From Eledone cirrhosa (Eukaryota), in NCBI GenBank assembly GCA_964016885.1, contig OZ024752.1:7316001-7380000 (forward strand): a stretch of 64,000 nucleotides of DNA. The letters are read 5' to 3'. The position numbers and the translations under genes were made by a program. Position 1 is the first letter of the stretch; the number at the start of each line of letters is the position of its first letter. Below the pieces are notes generated by a model. That model did no database searches. It worked only from the letters and a program-made list of their open reading frames with translations, and had not been told where the DNA came from. Below are positions 12,004-24,370 of the stretch, piece after piece.

Positions 12004-12061
12004 ATACCTGATGATATCACCGGATTCATACGGAACCCGGTCATTGAAATGATCATAGTAT
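12004..12061 (+). ncRNA. Type-I hammerhead ribozyme motif
   Basis: ATAC-CTGATGA-stem II (ACCGG/CCGGT)-GAAA-TGATCA-TA-GTAT. Confidence 0.7.
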
Positions 12062-12278
12062 AATAAACCTTTCAAGGATTTACACCAGTCCAGCCTCCTG
12101 TTATTTTATTCATAATAATTAACTCCGTATTCGCACCACCAACTACACAAACGAAGACGGGTGAACTGCACTACATTGAGTACTTTCCATAATATTGCAT
12201 CAAGATTGACCATATGGAATGACCAATTCTATCCGGTGGTGAACCAACAAACCTAAATATATATATATTTATATATAA

Positions 12279-12317
<39 letters not shown>

Positions 12318-12320
<3 letters not shown>

Positions 12321-12612
12321 AGGCACATGGCTTAGTGGTTAGAGCATTGGCCTTGGAATCGAAAGGTTGTGAGTTCAATTCTCAGACCAGGTGATGTGTT
12401 GTTTCCTTGAGCAAGACACTTTATTTCACATTGCTCCAGTTTACTCAGCTGTAGAAATGCAAAGTGGTCGTGGAGGTGCCACGGCAAAAAAGCACCCAGC
12501 ACTCACTGTAAATGAGGTTGGTGTTAGGAAGGGCATCCCGCTGTAGAAATCAAACCAGAATCAGTTCCCGTCCCACCCTTGCAAGCAGAGAAAAGTGGAC
12601 GTAAAATGAAAT
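12318..12612 (+). mobile_element. tRNA-derived SINE family B with RTE-like tail
   Basis: TGGCTTAGTGG A box, GAGTTCAATTC B box, CCTTGAGCAAGACAC body, AGGAAGGGCATCC...GGACGTAAAATGA tail. Confidence 0.82.
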
Positions 12613-12638
12613 GAATGAATGAATATATATATATATAT

Positions 12639-12916
12639 AAAATACAATATGCTGAAAGGGTAACACACTAGAGAGAGATAGAGAGATAGTGTGCCATCAA
12701 TAAAACAGGGAAAACCACCAGTGTATGGAATCTATAACCTATGGAACCTATATAGCTATAGAGGTGCATATATGCATTTTAATTTATATTTTTAATTATT
12801 GTGTGTCTACCCTGCCTTCCATAGGTTATAGATTCCATACACTGGTGGCTCCCCTGTTTTATTGATGGCACACTATCTCTCTCTTTAGTGTGTTACCTTT
12901 CAACATATTGTATTTT
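12639..12916. repeat. Inverted repeat (~105-bp arms, ~70-bp spacer)
   Basis: AAATACAATATG...ATAACCTATGGAA / TTCCATAGGTTAT...CATATTGTATTT. Confidence 0.85.
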
Positions 12917-13212
12917 AAAGAGCTCAAGATTCCTTTTCCTTTCAGCACATTATTGACAGGGAATAACGAGAGTCTATGGCTGCGTTAATTTATCGTGATA
13001 TATATATATATCATCATCATCATCGTTTAATATCCATCTTCCACGCTAGCATGGGTTAGACGGAAATTGTCCCATTTGAGGCAAGATTGGTCGGGTGACA
13101 GTGTCTCGCTCATATAGGACTGTCTGGCAGGTTTTCTACAGCTGGATACCCTTCCTAACACCAACCACTTTACAGTGTGGACTGGGTGTTTATAATATAT
13201 ATATAAATACAG

Positions 13213-13247
<35 letters not shown>

Positions 13248-13252
13248 AGTAC

Positions 13253-13412
13253 CTTTGAGTGTTTTCTGCAATGCTGAGTTCTGGGCTTGAACACGTCGTA
13301 CTTCATCTTCAAGATCATTAATAATGGCAGAATTAAATGATGTTTGTTGACCATCAGCTTTACCTTTGGAACTGGACACACATTTCTCTAATTCTTCATT
13401 GCACGAAACAAG
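13253..13412 (-). CDS. GRIPAP1: GRIPAP1 exon 6 (LVSCNEELEK...EVRRVQAQNSALQKTLK)
   Basis: tttttcag acceptor, GT donor, 160 nt, phase 0 to 1. Confidence 0.9.
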
Positions 13413-13726
13413 CTGAAAAACAAAACACATCATCATCATCACCACCACCAATTATTATTATTATTGTTATTATTATAAGGGCAGTGGATTTTCAGTAGAA
13501 TCGGTAGAACGATGAACACCATGCTTCGTGGCACTGAGTTATGGCCATTTACGTTCTGAGTTCAAATCCCGCCGAGGTTAACTGTGCCTTTCATCCTTAC
13601 GGGGTCGATAAAATAAAGCACCAGTAATGTACTGGGGTTGATTTAATCGACTTTCTCCTCCCCAAAATCACTGACCTTGTGCCTATATAAGAAACCATTA
13701 TTATTATTAATAAAAAGAGTGGTAGA

Positions 13727-14339
13727 TTGGCAGTATTGGTAGAGGGTCGGACACCATGCTAGGGCGGTGGATTGGCAGTATCGGTAGAGGGTCGGACACC
13801 ATGGCAGTATCGGTAGAGGATCGGACACCATGCTAGGGCGGTGGATTGGCAGTATCGGTAGAGGGTCGGACACCATGGCAGTATCGGTAGAGGGTCGGAC
13901 ACCATGCTAGGGCGGTGGATTGACAGTATCGGTAGAGGGTTGGACACCATGGCAGAATCGGTAGAGGGTCGGACACCATGCTAGGGCGGTGGATTGGCAG
14001 TATCGGTAGAGGGTCGGACACCATGGCAGTATCGGTAGAGGGTCGGACACCATGCTAGGGCGGTGGATTGGCAGTATCGGTAGAGGGTTGGACACCATGC
14101 TAGGGTGGTAGATTGGCAGTATCGGTAGAGGGTCGGACACCATGCTAGGGTGGTAGATTGGCAGTATCGGTAGAGGGTCGGACATCATGGCAGTATCGAT
14201 AGAGGGTCGGACACCATGCTAGGGTGGTAGATTGGCAGTATCGGTAGAGGGTCGGACACCATGGCAGTATCGGTAGAGGGTCGGACACCATGCTAGGGCG
14301 GTAGATTGGCAGTATCGGTAGAGGGTCGGACACCATGCT
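13727..14339 (+). repeat. Tandem amplification of the SINE A head (44/30-bp units)
   Basis: GGATTGGCAGTATCGGTAGAGGGTCGGACACCATG units leading into one complete SINE body at 14340-14490. Confidence 0.92.
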
Positions 14340-15059
14340 TTGATGCGTAGAGTTACGGCCCTTGCCATTCTGAGTTCAAATCCCGCCGAGGTTAACTTTG
14401 CCTTTCATCCTTACGGGGTCGATAAAATAAAGTACCAGTAATACACTGGATAATTGCTAGCCTTGTGCCTAAAGTAGAAACAATTATTATTATTAATAAT
14501 ATTATTATTATTATTATTCGACCCCTGGACAAGCTGATGCGTTATGTCCTTAAGCAAGACACTATTTCACATTGCTCTTTCTGCCAGGTCTTACAACCAG
14601 TAGATAGATTCTTGATAGTGTAGGAGAGTTCTGATTATAGAGAGAGAAAGAGAATTAGAATTTAGTTGTATACAAATATGTATTGGAATTTTGTATTTCT
14701 AAAGAAATACGGTATGTTTATAAATAAACATTCAGAAAGCCGTAGCTATACAATAACACCGGCAGCTATCGCCACCTATATATATATATATATATATGTT
14801 GTTACTATAGCTCACACATATGTAGGTTTATCTGGCCTCCTAAGAGGTTGTATCTTTTAGAAGGTTTCTTGTGTTTTAATGACAGGGGGCCCCAGACTTA
14901 TCATAAAAAGCAACATGAAATAAAGTATCTTGTTCAAGAACACAACATGCCCCTGGTCCAGGAATCAAACACACGGCTGTATGATTGTGAGTCCAGCAGC
15001 CTAACCATTAGGCCACGTGACTCCCCAAGAAATGTTGTAAGACTACCATTTGTACTTAC

Positions 15060-15167
15060 ATGAGATAACTCCTGCATAAGTGTTTCGTTCTGTAAGCGAA
15101 ACTCATCTTCCTGGCTCTGCAGTTTCCTCTGTAAACCACTGTTTTCTTGGATCAGTAACTCAACATC
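15060..15167 (-). CDS. GRIPAP1: GRIPAP1 exon 5 (DVELLIQENSGLQRKLQSQEDEFRLQNETLMQELSH)
   Basis: AG/GTAAG boundaries, 108 nt; SQE.(D/E)FRLQN.TLM motif. Confidence 0.95.
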
Positions 15168-15214
15168 CTGAAAGAAGAGAAATATAATGTAAAGCTGGAC
15201 TAAAAGTCTATCTT

Positions 15215-15757
15215 GAGCCCAGAGAAGGCACATCAGGCCGGTACTTATCCCAGCCCAGAGGAGGCACATCAGGTTGGTACTTATCCCAACCCAGAGGAGG
15301 CACATCAGGCCGGTACTTATCCCAGCCCAGAGGAGGCACATCAGGCCGGTACTTATCCCAGCCCAGAGAAGGCACATCAGGCCAGTACTTATCCCAGCCC
15401 GGAGAAGGCACATCAGGCCGGTACTTATCCCAGCCCAGAGAAGGCACATCAGGCCGGTACTTATCCCAGCCCAGAGGAGGCACATCAGGCCGGTACTTAT
15501 CCCAGCCCAGAGAAGGCACATCAGGCCAGTACTTATCCCAGCCCGGAGAAGGCACATCAGGCCGGTACTTATCCCAGCCCAGAGAAGGCACATCAGGCCG
15601 GTACTTATCCCAGCCCAGAGGAGGCACATCAGGCCGGTACTTATCCCAGCCCAGAGAAGGCACATCAGGCCAGTACTTATCCCAGCCCGGAGAAGGCACA
15701 TCAGGCCGGTACTTATCCCAGCCCAGAGAAGGCAGATCAGGCTGATACTTATCCCAG
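15215..15757. repeat. 36-bp minisatellite (~15 copies)
   Basis: GCCCAGAGAAGGCACATCAGGCCGGTACTTATCCCA units. Confidence 0.95.
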
Positions 15758-16107
15758 TTTCTGTGGCATTAAGCAACTGAAAGTACAAGACTCTTCCCCT
15801 GGATAGGACGCCAATCTATCACAGGGTTAAATTCCCTACTATTGCTGGTACTTTTTTTCAGCTGAGTATACTGGAACAACATGGAATGAAGTGTTTTGCT
15901 GAAAAACACCACACAACCCAGTCCAAGAATGAAACACACAACACCCTGACCAATAGGCCAGGTGCCAAAAAAAGGAACAGGTCCTGTCCACCATGGGCAC
16001 AATAACAGTAATAACCACATCTAGAAACAACAAATTCTCAGAATTGAGCTGGTACCAACAACATCATCAACATCATTATGTACAGGTGTCTATTTATTTA
16101 TAATTAC

Positions 16108-16134
16108 CTTTGCTTTCTTGCTTTTGTTGATAGC
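16108..16134 (-). CDS. GRIPAP1: GRIPAP1 exon 4, 27-nt microexon (AINKSKKAK)
   Basis: tttcag/GTAAT boundaries, phase 0-0; resembles ALSKSKKAQ of vertebrate GRIPAP1. Confidence 0.9.
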
Positions 16135-16374
16135 CTGAAAGATGGGAGGATAAAAATATTAAAGAAATATTAACATATATTAACAAATATTAACAAATAT
16201 TAACAAATATTAACAAATATTAACAAATATTAACAAATATTAACAAATATTCAACAAGAAATATTTTAAAAATCTTAACATATATTAAAGAAATCTTAAC
16301 ATATATTAACATATTTTACATTGGAATATTTTTGACACATGACAACTTTACCTTCCATCATTTCTAGGTCAATG

Positions 16375-16745
16375 AACCAATACTGGGATCAATTCTCTCT
16401 CTCACACACCCTCTCTCTCTTCTAGATCAATAAACCACCAATACTGGGATCAATTCTCTTTCTCTCTCTCACACACCCTCTCTCTCTTCTAGATCAATAA
16501 ACCATCAATACTGGGAGCAATTCTCTCTCTCTCTCTCTCTCTCACACACCCTCTCTCTCTTCTAGATCAATAAACCATCAATACTGAGATCAATTCTCTC
16601 TCTCTCTCTCTCTCACACACACCCTCTCTCTCTTCTAGATCAATAAACCATCAATACTGGGATCAATTCTCTCTCTCTCTCTCTCACACACCCTCTCTCT
16701 CTTCTAGATCAATAAACCATCAATACTGGGAGCAATTCTCTCTCC
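16375..16745. repeat. ~60-bp tandem repeat with variable (CT)n
   Basis: CAATACTGGGATCAATT(CT)nCACACACC...TCTAGATCAATAAACC units. Confidence 0.85.
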
Positions 16746-17291
16746 AGGTTTAAATACCCAAGACACACTGTATAATTATGGGGTTCCCCTGTGACCCAAT
16801 CAGGAAATAAGGGGCCAAGGGACCTATGGGGACCCATGGATAGCTGGAATTTGTTGTTGTTGTACCACCATCAGTTCCAACAAGTGTCCCAGTTGTTTGA
16901 TCAATGGAACAACAGGTTGCTCAATTACAGCTACAAGTGGCTGAGTATTCCACAGACATGTGTAGACTTAATATAGTTCTCAGGGAGATTATGTATGACA
17001 GTGTGTGACAAAGCTGGCCCCTTTGAACTACAGATACAGTGTATCTTATAGTACAAGTGACTGAGTGATGGTGACAACAATAAAATACACCCAGTCCACT
17101 CTGTAAAGTGGTCTTGTCACAAAAACATACCCCAGCACACCCTATATGAGTGTTAGTATTAGGAAGGCTATCCAAATATAGAACCTAACAATCCAAATTT
17201 GTTGCTCCAGTCTGGTCTGGTCCGTGACACTCCATGTGACCTATGCCAACATGACCCTACCAAAGTACATCACACAATAAACAGTACTTAC

Positions 17292-17353
17292 TTTGTTGGC
17301 TCGCTGCAGATCTTTATCACATTCTTCAAATTTTTCTTTTAAATTTAAGATTT
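17292..17353 (-). CDS. GRIPAP1: GRIPAP1 exon 3 (EILNLKEKFEECDKDLQRANK)
   Basis: AG/GTAAG boundaries, 62 nt, phase 1 to 0, coiled-coil character. Confidence 0.9.
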
Positions 17354-17464
17354 CTGCAATGAAAAATTAATCCAAAGAGAATTAAGTCTAAACATTTAAA
17401 CCATTCCATTCACACTGACCATCCCACAAATATTATATATATATATACATTAACGTATACACAC

Positions 17465-17497
<33 letters not shown>

Positions 17498-17824
17498 TAT
17501 ATATATATATATTAGTATAGCAAATGGTCTTCAAAATGATTTTAATTTTTTTTTTTTTAATTATACATTACATACAGTATATTGCCAAATATACTGTACA
17601 TACATTCATATATATATTTATATATATATATCATCATCATCGTTTAACGTCCATCTTCCATGCTAGCATGGGTTAGACGGTTTTGTTCCATTTGATGCGG
17701 GAATGATCAGGAGACGGTGTCTCGCTCGTACAGAAGTGTCTCTGGCGGGTATTTATATATATATGAGGTATTAATTTAACAATGAAAATAAAAACAACAA
17801 AGTCGAGTTATTTTACCTATTGAT

Positions 17825-17950
17825 ATTGATTTACGATTGTTTCTGAGGGTCAATCATATTGACATATTGTCTGATCTATAGCAATTATATGACTGTATAC
17901 TGTCAGACTTCATATATTGGTCCAATCAGACCGTCTTCTTCGGAAACAAT
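17825..17950 (-). ncRNA. Degenerate hammerhead motif with long stem II
   Basis: ATTGTTT-CCGAAGA...GGTC/GACC...GAAA-CAATCG-TA-AATCAAT; core U to C change. Confidence 0.4.
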
Positions 17951-18670
17951 ATATACTTTGCTTCATGTGTAATTATTTTTAACACAAGATTTTGTACATA
18001 TGCTTGTTTGAAAAATCTTTCAAGGAAATATGAAACAGTCTTTTGTACTCATCATCATCATCATTTTACGTCCGCTTTTCCCTGCTTGCAAGGGTGGGAC
18101 AGGAACTGATTCTGGCTTGATTTCTACAGCTGGATGCCCTTCCTAACACCAACCTCATTTACAGTGAGTGCTGGGTGCTTTTTTGCCGTGGCACCTCCAC
18201 AACCACTTTGCAGTGGAATGATAGGGTCCCCAGTCCTATCATCTCATTTCTACAGCTGAGTAAACTGGAGCAATTTGAAATAAAGTGTCTTGCTCAAGGA
18301 AACAACACATCACCCGATCTGAGAATTGAACTCACAACCTTTCGATTGCAAGGCCAATGCTCTAACCACTAAGCCATGTGCCTCCATTACTGTTTATTAT
18401 AATAAATTCCTATATTTTCAGTTGTTTTAACTTCTCCACCTACTTCTTTCCAATTTTCATATTGGACAGAGAAAAGAAAAACAACAAAACAAAAATTACC
18501 AGGTACTTTTACCTGTTGTTACCTCATCTTACAGTCCATTTTGTATTGTTTAACCTTCTATCTCTTTCAACATTATATATTATATATAATGCTTCAAGCA
18601 AACTACATTTTATTATATATAATATTACTTCAAAATATTAATAAATATAGACATTCATGTGATCAAATAT

Positions 18671-18734
18671 ATTTTATTATATATATTTCAGAGGTACTGA
18701 GCTATTTCATCAGTACGTCCTCATCAGATAAAAT
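18671..18734 (-). ncRNA. Type-I hammerhead ribozyme motif
   Basis: ATTTTAT-CTGATGA-GGA.GTACTG..CAGTAC.TCT-GAAA-TATATA-TA-ATAAAAT; sister of 63315-63376. Confidence 0.75.
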
Positions 18735-19639
18735 AAATTGATGTCTGACATACCTCAACTGTGCTGAAGGTTCAATTCCAGTCTTGGCAGTCAAGGTGCC
18801 TATATATATATATATATATATATATAGGCACAAATATACATCCCCTCCCACTACCCCAACTCCCCCACCCCCATCAACACCACCCCTTCCTCTGTAAAGT
18901 TATGTTGGTACTACAACATCCAGTCCTAAATAAATGAGGTTGTGTAGGTGTCACGACAAAAAACACACAGTCCACACTGTAATGTGGCCGTGTAGGTAAC
19001 ACGGTAAAAACCTCCCAGTCCACACTGTAAACGTGGTTGGTGTTAGGAAGGGCATCCAGACATAGCCCCAGACAGTCCCATACCAGCGAGATGACCAATC
19101 TTGCCTCAAGTGGGACAATTCCCATCTAAACCCCTGCTAGCGTGGAAGATAGACGTTAAACGATAATGATGATGTGTATATGTGTATGTATTTTTTCTCA
19201 CGAGTCAGTTGTCTCGTTGCTACAGCCCCCGCGGCTGAATTACCGGTCGCTATCTTCAATTTGCAAAGCCCTTTAAACTGTATGTTATTACTCTGAGGTT
19301 TATACCTTGTCAAGTGCTTGGCTGCACTTCTGAATGGATTCGTCGGCTTAGCTGCGGCTCGAGCTTCGAATATGCTGTACTTCCATTTGTATATATATAT
19401 ATATAGGAACGATCGACTTTCGTCAAATCGGACCGAGGGAACAATGTTTCCGTTGGTCTTTCCAATTGCTAATACTATCTATCGGTCGCAACTCCAGGTA
19501 GAAGGAGCAACGTGAAATAAAGTGTCTTGCTCAAGGACATAACGCATCGCCTGGTCCAGGAATCGAACTCACAACCTTACGATTGCGAATCCAATTCTCT
19601 AACCACTCAGCCACACGCCTTCACATATATATATATGTA

Positions 19640-19823
19640 CAGGTAAAATTCTGTTATAAGGAATACCATTATAACAAATTTTTCAGTATAACAAAATTTG
19701 TTCAATCCCTGAGGTAATAAACAAACGCTTCATTTGTTTTGGTCAATCTCGTTATAAAGAATTTTTCATTACAACAAATTTTTTTTTATACCCCGTGAAT
19801 TTTGTTATAACGAAATTTCACTG
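19640..19823. mobile_element. pogo/Tigger-like MITE
   Basis: TA|CAGGTAAAATT..GTTATAA ... TTATAACGAAATTTCACTG|TA. Confidence 0.65.
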
Positions 19824-20299
19824 TATATATAGTAATAAACAGAAGATATATACTTTATATCATCTCTATTTATTTCATTATATATATTTCAAAGATGTAA
19901 AGTTTTATATATAACATAAAGCAAAACACGTCCTCCTCATATAAAATACATAGAAGATGTATAATTTTTTCATATGCTAGTAGACAAACGAACTGGGCAG
20001 ATCGATGACCACCATATATATATATATATATAATGATGGAAGTGAGATAAGGAACCAGATGGACCATAACGCACCAGAGTACTCAATATTTAGGGTAGTA
20101 GGTTGGGTAATATATATATATAAACTAGAAATCGATTGACATATATATATATATATCATATTAAAGATACTATTTATAGTTTTGTATATACTATACTATA
20201 AACAATTATAAACAGGGAAGGTCAGTAATTTATTACTACCTTATTACCAGTAAGAGAAATAGCTCAATGTAAGAACATCAGTTGTTTTACAAAGCAGTT

Positions 20300-20686
20300 A
20301 TATAGAATTCACAAGTATCAAAGTTATGTTTAAATCATTTAATCGCTGACAATTGTTTCTTCCAAATTTTAGTTTGGAGTTATCAGAGCATTATCAATGT
20401 TTGTACATATAATTAACCTCCTATTCAACTGAAGAATCATATAGATACATATATATTGATGTTGTGAACAACAGTTTAGTATATATAGGGTTAGGGTTAT
20501 ATATACTAAACTGTTATTCACAACATCAATATATATGTATCTATATGATTCTTCAGTTGAATAGGAGGTTAATTATATGTACAAACATTGATAATGCTCT
20601 GATAACTCCAAACTAAAATTTGGAAGAAACAATTATCAGCAATTAAATGATTTAAACATAACTTTGATACTTGTGTAATCTATATA
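20300..20686. repeat. Long palindrome (~190-bp arms) with a hammerhead motif in each arm and a GGGTTAGGGT apex
   Basis: Arms are near-exact reverse complements; motifs at 20345-20389(-) and 20596-20640(+) with CTGATAA core; loop at 20488-20497. Confidence 0.9.
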
Positions 20687-21320
20687 TATATATATATATA
20701 TAAAATATATATATATATATATAAAATAAACATGAAACAATCACAGGGGATAATTTGTAAAGAGTGTAAGCACACACAGCTAGGTAGGTAACTAATTAAA
20801 GTTTAACGAGAACTTCAAATATTTAAAAATGATTAATTATTTTTAAAAGGTATCTATCTTTACAAATTATCCCCTGTGATTGTTTCATATGTTTATTTTA
20901 TATATATATATGTCAATTGATTTCTAGTTGATATAAATGCTCGAATCTATTTATTGGAATCTTTGAGCTTATTCTACAGAGGTTATGGTGCATGTTTTTC
21001 AAACATGACATCCTTAATTTAATTTTGGGTATATATATATATATATATATATAAAGCTAATTTTAAGTTTAATCAATACCTATAAAATATATATTGATAA
21101 TGTTTCTTAGTAGAAAGTCCAATAAACTTCTGTTCAGAGAATGTATAATACAAATATAAAGGATATATAACAAGATATATCAATTGAGAAACTAGTATTT
21201 TGTATACATATATATATATATCAATTTTGAGTATATGTTGGTTGTATACCAACACCTCAGTATGCAGACTGGAGCACTCGACGAAGTGCGCAGGTTGGTT
21301 TGGTTACTCCGGAGTAGTGT

Positions 21321-21665
21321 AAAATAAAATAAAATAAATAAGTCAAATGTTTAAAATTTGGCTTCGTTTATTACTGCTATATATATTTCGGTGACAGCCA
21401 TCTTTGGCTGTGACCTCTTCAGGCAGTCCGAATTTCACTGAGGAACTGGAATCATATGATTCCAGTTCCTCAGTGAAATAACAACCCCACCAGGAACTGG
21501 GCATATCAGAGTATTGACGAAGTTATACACCTCAACAACATGTGTACTCGTCTCTACCACACTAATTCGGACTGCCTGAAGAGGTCACAGCCAAAGATGG
21601 CTGTCACTGAAATATATATACCAGTAATAAACGAAGCCAAATTTTAAACATTTGACATTTTATTT

Positions 21666-21670
<5 letters not shown>
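21321..21670. repeat. Inverted repeat with hammerhead motifs in both arms and a nested perfect 48-bp palindrome
   Basis: ACTGC-CTGAAGA-GGT..ACAGCC/GGCTGT..ACC-GAAA-TATATA-TA-GCAGT at 21373-21427(-) and 21571-21625(+); palindrome at 21432-21479. Confidence 0.88.
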
Positions 21671-21717
<47 letters not shown>

Positions 21718-21769
21718 CAAATAATAACTCTCCCAGATCTAATCCCTCGAGAAAACCTCCTATCCCCGA

Positions 21770-22685
21770 TCAGAGCCCTCTATAAAACCTCCTAGCTCCT
21801 CTCCCCGATCAGAGCCCTCTAGAAAACCTCCTAGCTCCTCTCCCCGATCAGAGCCCTCTATAAAACCTAGCTCCTCTCCCTGATCAGAGCCCTCTAGAAA
21901 ACCTCCTAGCTCCTCTCCCTGATCAGAGCCCTCTATAAAACCTCCTAGCTCCTCTCCCTGATCAGAGCCCTCTATAAAACCTAGCTCCTCTCCCCGATCA
22001 GAGCCCTCTATAAAACCTCCTAGCTCCTCTCCTCGATCAGAGCCCTCTAGAAAACCTCCTAGCTCCTCTCCCTGATCAGAGCCCTCTATAAAACCTAGCT
22101 CCTCTCCCCGATCAGAGCCCTCTATAAAACCTCCTAGCTCCTCTCCCCGATCAAAGCCCTCTAGAAAACCTCCTAGCTCCTCTCCCCGATCAGAGCCCTC
22201 TAGAAAACCTCCTAGCTCCTCTCCCTGATCAGAGCCCTCTATAAAACCTAGCTCCTCTCCCCGATCAGAGCCCTCTATAAAACCTCCTAGCTCCTCTCCC
22301 CGATCAGAGCCCTCTAGAAAACCTCCTAGCTCCTCTCCCCGATCAGAGCCCTCTAGAAAACCTCCTAGCTCCTCTCCCTGATCACAGCCCTCTATAAAAC
22401 CTAGCTCCTCTCCCCGATCAGAGCCCTCTATAAAACCTAGCTCCTCTCCCCGATCAGAGCCCTCTAGAAAACCTCCTAGCTCCTCTCCCCGATCAGAGCC
22501 CTCTATAAAACCTCCTAGCTCCTCTCCCCGATCAGAGCCCTCTAGAAAACCTCCTAGCTCCTCTCCCTGATTAGAGCCCTCTATAAAAACGCCTAGCTCC
22601 TCTCCCTGATCAGAACCCTCTAGAAAACCTAGCTCCTCTCCCTGATCAGAGCCCGCTAGAAAACCTCCTGGCTCCTCTCCCAGAT
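21770..22685. repeat. 33/36-bp minisatellite
   Basis: GATCAGAGCCCTCTA(T/G)AAAACCT(CCT)AGCTCCTCTCCCC units. Confidence 0.95.
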
Positions 22686-23006
22686 CCTCAAACCTATACT
22701 TTCTCCCTTTCCAAAACATGTCAGCAACTCTGATGTTAATCAAAAGACTCCTTCAACTTCAACCAGGCCAACTAAAACATAACAGATATACCTTTAGCCA
22801 TCAACCTGGTGACCTACCTATATTATCTCTTCTGACCTCACTGTCTTTGTTTATTAACATTATTCACTGCCAGTTTTAATAGTTGACAGATAATGGAGGA
22901 TTGAAATTTAAGAACTTATCTCTAGATTTCCCCAAATTTTTTTCCCAACCTTGACAAATTATGTTTTTGCTGAATGATTTGACTTGCAGTAATTTAGAAT
23001 ATATAC

Positions 23007-23073
23007 CTCGTTGATGGCGCTTACACTGGCTATCAAGTTCATAGTTGTTGGTGCGTAGTTCCAGCAACTGGAT
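23007..23073 (-). CDS. GRIPAP1: GRIPAP1 exon 2 (IQLLELRTNNYELDSQCKRHQR)
   Basis: ttttgcag acceptor, GT donor, 67 nt, phase 0 to 1; QLLELRTNNY motif characteristic of GRIPAP1. Confidence 0.95.
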
Positions 23074-23764
23074 CTGCAAAATAAAACAAAATACAATTAA
23101 ACATAATCATCATTATCATCATCATCATCATCATCATCATCGTTTAACGTCTATCTTCCACGCTAGCATGGATTAGACAAGAATTGTCCCACTTGAGGCA
23201 AGATTGGACAGGTGACCATGTTTCACTCGTATAGGACTATCTGGCAGGTATTCTATGGCTGAATGCCCTTCCTAACACCAACCACATTTACAGTGTGGAC
23301 TGGGAGCCTTTTTACCGTGTTACCTACATAAACAGGTGGCAAATTAGCAGAGTTGTTAGCAAGTCAGAGAGAATGTTTTTCAGTATTTATTCTGGCTTTC
23401 TGTTTTGAGTTCAAATCCTGCCAAAGTTAACTTTGCCTTTCATCCATTTAAGGTCAATAAAAAAAGTACCAGTCCAGTACTGGGGCCAATTGTTCCTCTA
23501 TATCTTTTTCTCACTTCCTTTCTCTCAAAAGTGGCTCTACTTCTCCCTGGCTCGTGTGATTTTGGACAGTTAACAAAACCAGCTCTTGTTAGAAGAAATC
23601 GGCCACATACATTGCACCTCATTTCCTGCTGGATTTTTGCAGGTACTGCACTTGGGTTCTGCTTCAAAACAGCATGCTCCACTCACTTTTTCTCAAAGAC
23701 ATCACCTCCATATTTGATGATCTTTCAGCCAATCTCTCCCAGTTCTCCATATCAATCTTCAGAT

Positions 23765-24370
23765 CTTTAAGACTGTCTTTTATGACATCCTTAATCTGCT
23801 TCTTTGGTTTATGCTGTGGCCTTTTTCTTCTGGTCAGCTCCCCATAAAATAACTATTTAGGCAGCCTTCCATCTTCTATCCTGACCACATGAGCAGCCCA
23901 GTGTGTCTGGTTCATAATTAACCTCCTCTCAATACTGGTGCTACCTGCTATGTCAAGTACCGCAGTATCAGGTGTGTAAGGGGACCACTTGATGTTCAGG
24001 ATGTGTTGTATACAATGCTCATGAAATCTTTCCAGCTGGCTGGTATCATGCTTGGAAGTTGTCCACGTTTCACACCTGTATAGCAGGGCTGTAAGGACTC
24101 GGGTTTCATACACAGAGAGCCTTCTGTTTTTCGTGATACCCCGATTTAACCAGACTCACTTCTCAAGATTCCCAAAGGTAAGACTCGCAATACACACACA
24201 CACACACACTTGCGATGCTAAACTCCACAAAGTTTGATCACCAGCAGCAGAGTTCAAAGAGCAAAGATCAAGTCCAGTCCATAAGTTGACATTATCAAGC
24301 CATCGTTTTGGCTGCTGGCCTCTGCTTCTTTTACCAGTCAACCTTCCTTCCAGGCATAACCTGCTCACTC
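23765..24370 (-). mobile_element. RTE-clade LINE ORF2 C-terminal remnants
   Basis: LLYRCETWT...WAAHVVRIEDGRLPK and LEGRLTGKRSRGQQPKRW motifs. Confidence 0.8.

Noticed and set aside
12318-12395. tRNA gene
   Set aside because: A and B boxes are present but run into a SINE body and tail that are repeated many times; no complete cloverleaf
14934-15806. Four overlapping repeat ORFs
   Set aside because: 36-bp minisatellite open by chance; only 15060-15167 is a real exon
21760-22743. 327-aa GSDRGEELGGF repeat ORF
   Set aside because: 33/36-bp minisatellite in GRIPAP1 intron 2; exons 2 and 3 already join in phase without it
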